From: Planctomycetota bacterium
Lineage (GTDB): Bacteria; Planctomycetota; UBA11346
Length of the DNA: 15,845 bases
Direction of reading: 5' to 3'
NCBI GenBank assembly: GCA_038213805.1
Contig: JBBQSO010000109.1
Location: 1-15,845 of the forward strand
Made by a program: the position numbers and the translations under genes. The notes below the pieces were generated by a model. The model did not search any database. It saw only the letters and a list, made by a program, of their open reading frames with translations, and had not been told where the DNA came from. This document shows positions 7,065-14,484 of this stretch, piece by piece. How positions within the stretch are numbered: the first letter of the stretch is position 1; each line of letters opens with the position of its first letter.

Positions 7065-8498
7065 GTGCGCAGAAACTGGCTTATAGACCGCCGCACCTGC
7101 CTGAAGGGGCTGGGCGTCGCCCTCGCCCTGCCGCTGCTCGACGTCATGGGCTGGGCCGATCCGCCCGCCGGCGGCGCCGCCGGGAAACCGCCGGTGCGCC
7201 TGGGCTGGATGTTCATGCCGTGCGGGGTGAACATGAAGGAGTTCTGGCCGGCCGACCCGAAGGCCTATCCGGCGACGCTGCCGTCCAGCCTCGAGCCGCT
7301 GCGCCCGGTGATCGACCAGTGCCTGCTGCTCCAAGGTATCGACAACATCGACCGCGCGCCCTACGCGGGCGCCGCCCACGCCATCGAGCTGTCCACCTGG
7401 CTGACCGCGTCCATCCCCGACCCGGCGAAGCGCGACATCATCGCCATCGCGCCGTCGGCCGACCAGGTCGCCGCCCAGCACATCGGCATCTACACCGCGC
7501 TGCCCTCACTGGAACTCGGCACGCGCAAGAACGAGGCCAGCGGCACCGGCCAGGAGGGGCTGAACAACCGCTATTACACCACCGGCTCGTACCGCACCGC
7601 GAGCGAGCCGCTGCCGGTCGAGACGAGGCCCGCGGAGGTGATGAAGCGCCTGTTCGCGTCACGGCAATCGACCCCGCGCAAGCGTGGCGGGCCCGCGGTC
7701 GATGCCGGCCAGTTCGCCGGCGCAGCGCCGGCGAGCGATGGCGAATCGCTCGACCGCAGCATGCTCGATCTGGTCCTGGACGGTGCCAAGGGCTTGAAGG
7801 CGCGCGTCAGCCGCGACGACCAGCGCCAGCTTGACGAGTACCTCGACAGCGTGCGGTCGCTCGAGACCCGCGTCGCCGCGATCGAACGCCAGCAGGCCGA
7901 GGCCGCCCGCGCCCACACCGGCAAGGCCGACGCCGCGGCCGCCAGCGCGCGCTCGGCGCCGCTCGAGGTCGCCATCCCGCCCGGCGAGGTGAAATGGAGC
8001 GAGCACGTGCGCGTGCTCGGCGACCTGATGATCCTCGCCTTCCAGGCGGACATCACCCGCGTCGGCACGCTGATGGCGTCGATGAACCACGGCATCAACT
8101 ACCCCGAACTGGGCTTCAGCGACAGCCACCACGAGAACAGCCACCACGGCGAGGACCCGGTGAAGCTCGCCAAGGTCGCGAAGATCGACCGTTTCAACAT
8201 CGAGCAGTACGCCTACCTGATCGGGCGCATGCGCAGCCTGCGCGAGGGCGCGGGCACGCTGCTCGACAACACCATCTTCACCTGGGGCTCCGGGCTGGGC
8301 GACGGCAACAACCACACCAACCGCTCCATCCCCACCATCGTCGCCGGGCGCGGCGGCGGCACCATCCGCACCGGCCGCCATGTGCCCAAGTGCAACGGCA
8401 ACCAGGGCGACCTGCTCACCGCCATCCTGGCACGCGCAGGCGTGCCGCTAGCCAAGCCGATCGGCAATGGGACGAAGCTGTTGCCGGATTTATCGTGA
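7065..8498 (+). CDS. DUF1552 (HXXSHH) family protein, copy 1, with twin-arginine-like N-terminus
   Basis: IDRRTCLKGLGVALALPLL, SADQVAA, LPSLELG, LDEYLDSVRSLE, LAFQADITRV, HHENSHH (8127-8147), GTLLDNT and GDGNNH. GGAG RBS; starts 12 nt after the DUF1592 stop, the usual pairing. Confidence 0.92.
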   Translation: MRRNWLIDRRTCLKGLGVALALPLLDVMGWADPPAGGAAGKPPVRLGWMFMPCGVNMKEFWPADPKAYPATLPSSLEPLRPVIDQCLLLQGIDNIDRAPYAGAAHAIELSTWLTASIPDPAKRDIIAIAPSADQVAAQHIGIYTALPSLELGTRKNEASGTGQEGLNNRYYTTGSYRTASEPLPVETRPAEVMKRLFASRQSTPRKRGGPAVDAGQFAGAAPASDGESLDRSMLDLVLDGAKGLKARVSRDDQRQLDEYLDSVRSLETRVAAIERQQAEAARAHTGKADAAAASARSAPLEVAIPPGEVKWSEHVRVLGDLMILAFQADITRVGTLMASMNHGINYPELGFSDSHHENSHHGEDPVKLAKVAKIDRFNIEQYAYLIGRMRSLREGAGTLLDNTIFTWGSGLGDGNNHTNRSIPTIVAGRGGGTIRTGRHVPKCNGNQGDLLTAILARAGVPLAKPIGNGTKLLPDLS

Positions 8499-8555
8499 GG
8501 AACGCGAGACTCGAGATGTGAGATGCGGGTTGCGGCGGGCGCGAGGGCTGATCGC

Positions 8556-8837
8556 CTACAACACCCCCGTCTCCAACTCCTCCAGATAGTGGAACTCCGG
8601 CGCCTTCACCCCCGCCTCGGCACGGATGCGCACCAGCTCCGGCGATTCGAAGAAGCGCCGCGCCCGGTCGAGCGACGACCACACCGAGAAGTGCACGACG
8701 CGGTTCGCGTCGCTCTCGCTGCGCAGCAGCTGCCAGCTGATCTCGCCGGCGGCCTTGCGGATGCCCGCAGCGCGGTCGAAGACGGTCTTCCACGCGGCGT
8801 AGTCCGCCACCTCGTGCACGATCAGGACGTGCGGCAT
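8556..8837 (-). CDS. Small ABM-like dimeric alpha/beta-barrel protein (93 aa)
   Basis: MPHVLIVHEVADYAAWKTVFD...RKAAGEISWQLLR...NRVVHFSVWSSLDRARRFFESPEL...AGVKAPEF. Its ATG overlaps the TGA of the upstream gene (TGATG). Only this C-terminal part of the 8556..9605 ORF looks real. Confidence 0.82.
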   Translation of the reverse strand: MPHVLIVHEVADYAAWKTVFDRAAGIRKAAGEISWQLLRSESDANRVVHFSVWSSLDRARRFFESPELVRIRAEAGVKAPEFHYLEELETGVL

Positions 8838-9940
8838 CAGCGCAGGCCCAGGCCGAGGACGTTCTTGCAGTAGGTCAAGCTGCGCTCGATCTGGTCCTTC
8901 TGGAAGTCCTGGTCGCTGGCGAAGGCGCCGCGGCCGGCAGCCAGGGGGTGGCCCTTCTTCGCCAGGGCGATGAAGCGCGCCAGCTCCGACGAGGCGTGCT
9001 TCGGCCACAGTTTCATGAAGGTGGGGTCGAGGTAGGGCAGCTCGCGGTTGAAGCCGCCGATGGTCTCGATGTGCACCGGGATACCCGGGCAGTGCGCGGC
9101 GAAATGGTCGAAGTAGGCCTTGAAGTCGACCACGCCGTCGCCCATCGCCACCCACTGCACCGTCGCGCCGGCCGGTGATTCCCAGATCATCGAATCGCGC
9201 AGGCTGGTGGTGAGTACATAGGGGGCGAGGATCTCGAGGCTGCTGAAGGGATCCTCCATGGTCCACACCGCGTTGCCGGAATCGAGGCACACGCCGAGGA
9301 AGTCCTTGCCGCCCGCCTCGATGAGGCCGGCCAGCTCGCGCGCCTGCATGTCGCCGGCGTGGTTCTCGATCGCGATCTTGACGTTGGCGTCGACGCTGCG
9401 CGCCTTCAGGGCCTGGCAGGTGGCGAGCATGTCGGCGATGCGCGCTTCGATGCCGCCCGGGGTCTTGCGGTCCTCGCCGGTGCCCAACACCACGCGCGCC
9501 ACCGGCGAGCCGAGCGCCTGCGCGACGCGGATGGCGAGCGCGCCGTGCTCCTCGGCGCTGCCCCAGGTCTTCTTGAACACCGTCGAGGTCGGACAGATGC
9601 TCCACGTGCCGAGGTGGATCTGCAGGCCCAGGTCGGCCGCCTTGGCGCGCAACCCCTTCAGATAGGCCTCATCAAAGTTCTCGAAGGCGTCGAGATCGGT
9701 GATGAACAGCGAGTCGAGCTTCAGCGACGCGGCGTAATCGATCAGCTGCGGCGCCTTCCACTTCATGGCGCGCACCGCGAAGTTGTCGAAACCGAGCTTG
9801 ATGCCGCGGCGCGCTACCGGTGCCACGGCTGCGGGCGCGTCGGCCGCGCCGAGGCGTCCGGGCAGGGCTGCGGCGGCCGCTCCGACCGCAGCGAGCTGGA
9901 GGAGGGTGCGGCGGGAAAGGGCGGTTGGGGTGCGGTGCAT
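8837..9940 (-). CDS. Tat-exported sugar phosphate isomerase/epimerase family protein (xylose isomerase-like TIM barrel)
   Basis: Tat signal LSRRTLLQLAAVGAAAAALPGRLGAA. Motifs AQALGSPVARVVLG, KIAIENHAGD, GVCLDSGN, WVAMGDGVVDF and VHIETI. Start placed at ATG 9940. Confidence 0.88.
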   Translation of the reverse strand: MHRTPTALSRRTLLQLAAVGAAAAALPGRLGAADAPAAVAPVARRGIKLGFDNFAVRAMKWKAPQLIDYAASLKLDSLFITDLDAFENFDEAYLKGLRAKAADLGLQIHLGTWSICPTSTVFKKTWGSAEEHGALAIRVAQALGSPVARVVLGTGEDRKTPGGIEARIADMLATCQALKARSVDANVKIAIENHAGDMQARELAGLIEAGGKDFLGVCLDSGNAVWTMEDPFSSLEILAPYVLTTSLRDSMIWESPAGATVQWVAMGDGVVDFKAYFDHFAAHCPGIPVHIETIGGFNRELPYLDPTFMKLWPKHASSELARFIALAKKGHPLAAGRGAFASDQDFQKDQIERSLTYCKNVLGLGLR

Positions 9941-10051
9941 GGCGGCGCAGCGTGCGCCGCCCCTGCCCCCGCGCCAGCGAATGGTCAGGGAGCGGACAGA
10001 TCCGCGCAGACGTATCAATCACACCGCTCGAATCCGCTCACCACCACGTGG

Positions 10052-10113
10052 ATCTTTCCTGGGACCGCGCGCCGCTGGCGCGCTCTCACCTGCGTGGACG
10101 GTCCCAGGAAGAT
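10052..10113. repeat. Intergenic inverted repeat / branched stem-loop
   Basis: Perfect 12-bp arms TTCCTGGGACCG (10056-10067) and CGGTCCCAGGAA (10099-10110), extendable across a 1-nt bulge. They enclose the hairpin GCGCGCC-GCT-GGCGCGC (10067-10083). Confidence 0.6.
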
Positions 10114-10136
10114 TCCCGGACGCGACCACGGGCCAC

Positions 10137-11726
10137 TCACGGTTTCACATCCGCCGCCATCGGTATCGCCGCCGTCATCACCGTGCGCGTGTCCAGCCCC
10201 TCGCCGCGCAGCCACACGCGTTCGAGGTCGTCCGCCACGGCGGCGCCGACCTCGGTGCGCAGGCTGGTCTCCCAGTCCGCACGTTCAACATAGCCGAAGC
10301 GGTGCTTGGCGAGGTAGCCGCGCAGGAAGGCGAAGAAGCGCGCCTCGCCGACCTTCCGGCGCAGCGCCTGGTAGAACAGGGCCCCGCGTCCGTAGACCAC
10401 CGCGCCATAATGGGTGTCGTCGTAGCGGTTGACGTCGAGGTCGAGAGCCAAGTGCTCGCGGCCCTCCATGGCGCACTCCATCGCACACATGGTCGCCGCG
10501 CCCTGGGCCGCCATCGCGCCCTGGGTCTGCTCCAGGCAATAGCCCGCGCTCCAGTTGGTCAGGCTCTCGTCCAGCCACGGCGCGCTATAGGAATCGTTGC
10601 CAACCAGATTGTACCACCACTGGTGTCCGACCTCGTGTGCGGTCGCGGTGATCAGCATCAGCATCGGCAGCGACTCTGCGCCGGCGTCGGGATCGGTGCG
10701 CACCGCCTCGTAAGGGCGGCGATCCATCAGCACCAGGCCGGTGGATTCCATGCCGCCGACGTTCTCGCCAAGAGGCACCTCGACCACATCGAGCTCGGTG
10801 TAGGAGTACGGTCCGAAACGCGCGCCGAACAGGCCAAGCGCGGCGCTGGCGACGTCCAGCGCACGCGCCGCGCCGGCCGCGTCGTCGCCACGCCACCACG
10901 AGCGCACGGTGGTGGCGCCGACTGCGCGGGTCTTCAGCAGGTAGTCGCTACCGACCACCAGGGCGAGGTTGCGCGTGAAGGGGCTGGCGATGGTCACGCA
11001 GGTCCCGCCGGCGACCGTCCGGCTGGCGATGGTGCTGCCTCCAGAGATCGCCTGCATACCGGCCGGGAGGGTGACGTGGGCGAGCAGGTGCAGCGATTCG
11101 TTCTGGGTGACGTCGCCCTTGTCACTGACCGGATGCAGTTCCCAGGCGCCGTGGCGGAAGACCGCTGGTTCCGGGTACCAGGAATACAGGCACCACACGC
11201 CCTCCTGGTGTGACAACAATCCGTGGAAGCCGCCCTGCGCGGAGACCGTCAGGTGGTAATCGAGTGTCACCTCGGTGCGCGCCCCCGCCGGCAGCGGCTG
11301 GGGCAGGGGCAGGAACAGGCCGAGGCGGTCGGCGGTGAGGTGGTCGACGGCGACCGGCAGTCCCGCGACGCGCGCCGCGCTGACGACGATGGCTGCGCTG
11401 TGGAAGTTCGCGCCATTGGCAAAAAGATGGAAGGCGAGTTCGCTCAGCGCCTGCCCGCTGCGATTGATCAGGGTGAGACGGACGTGACCGGTGAGCGTCC
11501 CGCCCGGCTCCAGGCGCGCGTCGAGCTCGTAGAGGGGGAAGCCGTCGGCAGCGTCGAGTTCGACCACGCCCGCCGGCGTGAGGGCGCGCGCGAGCTGCGG
11601 GCGCAGCACGGCGAAGCGGGTCTGCGGAGGCGTCAGGGCGGCAGCGGCCGCCAGCAGGATGGCGCCCAGCGCGACCAGCGCGGCGCAGGCAGGTGCCAGG
11701 CATTGGCTGAACCGAGTTGTGGCCAT
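10137..11726 (-). CDS. M1 family zinc metallopeptidase (aminopeptidase N-like), probably exported
   Basis: GGMES (GxMEN-like motif), HEVGHQWW...WLDES (HEXXH-X18-E) and distal YGAVVYGRGALF. N-terminal hydrophobic signal ACAALVALGAILLAAAAA. GGGGAG RBS before ATG 11726. Confidence 0.92.
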   Translation of the reverse strand: MATTRFSQCLAPACAALVALGAILLAAAAALTPPQTRFAVLRPQLARALTPAGVVELDAADGFPLYELDARLEPGGTLTGHVRLTLINRSGQALSELAFHLFANGANFHSAAIVVSAARVAGLPVAVDHLTADRLGLFLPLPQPLPAGARTEVTLDYHLTVSAQGGFHGLLSHQEGVWCLYSWYPEPAVFRHGAWELHPVSDKGDVTQNESLHLLAHVTLPAGMQAISGGSTIASRTVAGGTCVTIASPFTRNLALVVGSDYLLKTRAVGATTVRSWWRGDDAAGAARALDVASAALGLFGARFGPYSYTELDVVEVPLGENVGGMESTGLVLMDRRPYEAVRTDPDAGAESLPMLMLITATAHEVGHQWWYNLVGNDSYSAPWLDESLTNWSAGYCLEQTQGAMAAQGAATMCAMECAMEGREHLALDLDVNRYDDTHYGAVVYGRGALFYQALRRKVGEARFFAFLRGYLAKHRFGYVERADWETSLRTEVGAAVADDLERVWLRGEGLDTRTVMTAAIPMAADVKP

Positions 11727-12133
11727 GAGGCTCCCCAGACGTCCAGGATCACGGGCCCGCGCCCCGAGTCCACCGCTTGGGCCCGTGCGCAGGGCACATC
11801 TCCCGCGACGCAGGTCTCTGCGCTGCAAGGTCTGCCCACCTGTATCGAGGGGTGAGGGGAAGGTTTAAAGCGGGTGATCACTTCCATGTCCCGCACGTGC
11901 CTGAACCACGCAGCCTCCTCAGTGCTTGCCCAGGTGACATGGAACGTCGGGTCCGTCATTGTCTCAATTAAGCGAATCCTGCCCTGACTGGGTGGCCATG
12001 CGATCAGGCATTGCTATGCATCAGTCATTTTCACCGGTATCTGATGCGCGGTGAGGTCTCGTCGGAAATGCCAGAACAGGTTCAGGTCCATCGGGTAAAA
12101 GAGAGTGTGCCCCGTAGTTCTCCAAGGATCCCG

Positions 12134-14458
12134 ATGCGCGTCCCGTGGTTCGCCGCCCTGGCCCTGCTCCTGCCCGCGCTCTGCCCGGGCGCCGATCAGC
12201 CGGCATTCATGAAGGACGTCCATCCCCTGCTGGAGCACTACTGTTTCAAGTGCCACGGCGCCGAGAAGCATAAGGGCGACCTGGACCTGAGCACCTTCAC
12301 CAGCGAGGACGCGGCTCTGCACGGCGCGCGCACCTGGCGCACGGTGCGCGCCAAGCTCGATGAGAAGGAGATGCCACCGGAGAAGTCACCGCAGCCGACC
12401 GCCGCCGAGCTCGCCACCATGAGCGCCTGGCTGGCCACGGTGAAACGGCCGCCGGGACCGCCCGACCCGGGCCGCGTCACCATCCGCCGCCTCAACCGCA
12501 GCGAGTACGACAACACCATCCGCGACCTCATCGGGCTGGACCTCAAGCCGGCCGAGGGCTTCCCCTCCGACGACGTCGGCGAGGGTTTCGACAACATCGG
12601 CGACGCGCTGTCGCTGCCGCCACTGCTGCTCGAGAAGTACGTCGATTCCGCCATCGCCATCCTCGACAAGGCCATCGTCCACGAGGGCGTCGATCTGCAC
12701 GCCACCGGCGAGCAGCTGCCCGGCACCGCCGACGGCAAGCCGCTGACGCCCAAGAGCGATGGCCAGGCGCGCACCCTGAATGGCGCCGGCGAGCTGTGGC
12801 TGGACGTCAGCGTGCCGGCCGACGGCCGCTTCCAGCTGCGCGCCAAAGTCGGCGCCGATGCCGGCGGCGGCGATCCGGTGGTGTTGGCGATCAGCGTCGA
12901 TGGCGAAGCGCCCAAGGACTTCCGCATCAGCGCCAAGGCGGGCGCACCCGCCAGCCTGGGCGAGACCGTGCCCCTGACCAAGGGCGCGCACCGCTTCGCG
13001 CTGCGCTTCGCCAACCCGGTCAGCCAGCCGCCCAAGAAGCCCGCCGCCGCCAGCGCGGCCAGCGCCGCGGCCCAGGCCAAGGCCGACAAGCCGGTCGGCC
13101 CGCGCTCGCTGGTCATTGAGTCGGTCGAGCTCAAGGGTCCACCCGGCCCGCCCATCCCCGAGAGCCACAAGCGCATCTTCATCGCCAAGCCGGGTCCGGG
13201 CGTCAGCCGCCAGGATGCGGCACGCACCATCATCGGGGCCTTCGCCACGCGCGCCTTCCGCCGCCCGGTGGAAGCCGACAAGCTCGACCGCCTGCTGCAC
13301 ATCGTCGAACTCGCCGACCAGCAGGGCGAGGTCTTCGAAGACGCCATCGGCTACGGCCTGCAGGCGGTGCTGGTCTCGCCGGAATTCCTGTTCCGCGTCG
13401 AACGCGACCGCGCGCCGACCGAGCCCAACAACGCCTACGCGCTCGACGATTGGGAGCTGGCCTCGCGCCTGTCCTACTTCCTGTGGTCGACGATGCCCGA
13501 CGACGCGCTCTTCGCGCTGGCGAAGCAGGGCACGCTGCATGATCCGAAAGTGATCGAGCAGCAGGCGCGGCGCATGCTGAAGGACCCCAAAGCGCACGCC
13601 CTGACCGAGACCTTTGGCGAACAGTGGCTGCAGCTGCGCAGCCTGGAGACGCGCCAGCCCGATCCCAAGGCCTTCCCGGATTACGACAAGCCGCTGCGCA
13701 AGGCGATGTACGACGAGGCCGCGCTGTTCTTCGAGAACGTCGTGCACGAGGATCGCAGCGTCCTGGAATTCCTCGACGCCGACTACACCTTCCTCAACGA
13801 CCGCCTGGCCAGGCACTACGGCATCGCCAACGTCGACGGGCCGCAGTTCCGCAAGGTCCAGCTCAAGGACCACGTGCGCGGTGGCGTGCTGACCATGGCC
13901 GGCATCCTGACGCTGACCTCCAACCCGACGCGCACCAGCCCGGTCAAGCGCGGCAAGTGGATCCTTGAGGAGATCGTCAACCAGCCGCCGCCGCCGCCGC
14001 CGCCCGCGGTCGGCGAGCTGCCGCAGCAGGGTACCGGCGCGACCACCGGGCTGAGCCTGCGCCAGCTGATGGAGCGCCACCGCGCCGACGCGGTGTGCGC
14101 CTCGTGCCACCAGCGCATGGACCCGCTCGGCTTCGGTCTGGAGAACTACGACGCCATCGGGCGCTGGCGCGGCGACGTCGACGGCAAGGCGCTCGACGTC
14201 GCGGGCACGCTGCCTGGCGGCCGCACCTTCAACGGCCCGGTCGAGCTCAAAGCGCTGTTCATGGCGCGCAAAGAGGACTTCGCGCGCTGCCTGGCCAGCA
14301 AGCTGCTGACCTTCGCCCTGGGCCGTGGCCTCAAGGACGACGACGACATGACGGTCGAGGACGCCAGCGCCGCGCTGGCCCGCGACCAGTACCGCTTCTC
14401 GACGCTGGTCGCCCAGGTGGTCACCAGCTATCCCTTCCGCTACCGCCGCGCGCCGTAG
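12134..14458 (+). CDS. Secreted planctomycete-type cytochrome c protein with DUF1587/DUF1595/DUF1592/DUF1588/DUF1585 domains (copy 2)
   Basis: AAGGA RBS, then MRVPWFAALALLLPALCPGA signal peptide. CFKCH (12242-12256) and CASCH (14096-14110). Motifs IRRLNRSEYDNTIRDL, GFDNIG, LASRLSYFLWSTMPDD, RTSPVKRGKWIL and GFGLENYDAIGRWR. Confidence 0.93.
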   Translation: MRVPWFAALALLLPALCPGADQPAFMKDVHPLLEHYCFKCHGAEKHKGDLDLSTFTSEDAALHGARTWRTVRAKLDEKEMPPEKSPQPTAAELATMSAWLATVKRPPGPPDPGRVTIRRLNRSEYDNTIRDLIGLDLKPAEGFPSDDVGEGFDNIGDALSLPPLLLEKYVDSAIAILDKAIVHEGVDLHATGEQLPGTADGKPLTPKSDGQARTLNGAGELWLDVSVPADGRFQLRAKVGADAGGGDPVVLAISVDGEAPKDFRISAKAGAPASLGETVPLTKGAHRFALRFANPVSQPPKKPAAASAASAAAQAKADKPVGPRSLVIESVELKGPPGPPIPESHKRIFIAKPGPGVSRQDAARTIIGAFATRAFRRPVEADKLDRLLHIVELADQQGEVFEDAIGYGLQAVLVSPEFLFRVERDRAPTEPNNAYALDDWELASRLSYFLWSTMPDDALFALAKQGTLHDPKVIEQQARRMLKDPKAHALTETFGEQWLQLRSLETRQPDPKAFPDYDKPLRKAMYDEAALFFENVVHEDRSVLEFLDADYTFLNDRLARHYGIANVDGPQFRKVQLKDHVRGGVLTMAGILTLTSNPTRTSPVKRGKWILEEIVNQPPPPPPPAVGELPQQGTGATTGLSLRQLMERHRADAVCASCHQRMDPLGFGLENYDAIGRWRGDVDGKALDVAGTLPGGRTFNGPVELKALFMARKEDFARCLASKLLTFALGRGLKDDDDMTVEDASAALARDQYRFSTLVAQVVTSYPFRYRRAP

Positions 14459-14484
14459 CCCGCATCCCATTACGGAGCATCGTC

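Noticed and set aside
5676..7481. 601-aa antisense ORF, and similar ones at 12386-14470, 14470-15741 and 9765-11213
   Set aside because: These are shadow ORFs opposite well-supported genes. They are expected from high-GC codon bias and contain no recognisable motifs.
8499..8555. Expected terminator between the convergent DUF1552 and ABM-like genes
   Set aside because: No convincing stem-loop with a U-tract is visible on either strand.
8838..9605. N-terminal 256 aa of the 349-aa ORF 8556..9605
   Set aside because: Arg/Gly-rich off-frame overlap with the TIM-barrel gene. The real gene starts at the TGATG overlap at 8837.
10124..11757. GA(C/T)CACGGGCC direct repeat flanking the M1 peptidase (10124-10134 and 11747-11757), a possible insertion scar
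   Set aside because: Only a 10/11 match in high-GC DNA, with no transposase, integrase or terminal inverted repeats.
11633..11959. 108-aa minus-strand ORF in the intergenic region
   Set aside because: It overlaps the peptidase start in another frame, has atypical codon usage and shows no recognisable domain.
11992..12020. Sigma-54-like GG...TGC elements upstream of DUF1592 copy 2
   Set aside because: The GG-to-GC spacing is 9 nt or otherwise wrong; the -24/-12 consensus needs 10.
13985..14005. (CCG)n run, also near 6571-6585
   Set aside because: It encodes the poly-Pro stretch normal for the DUF1588 region and is not an independent repeat element.
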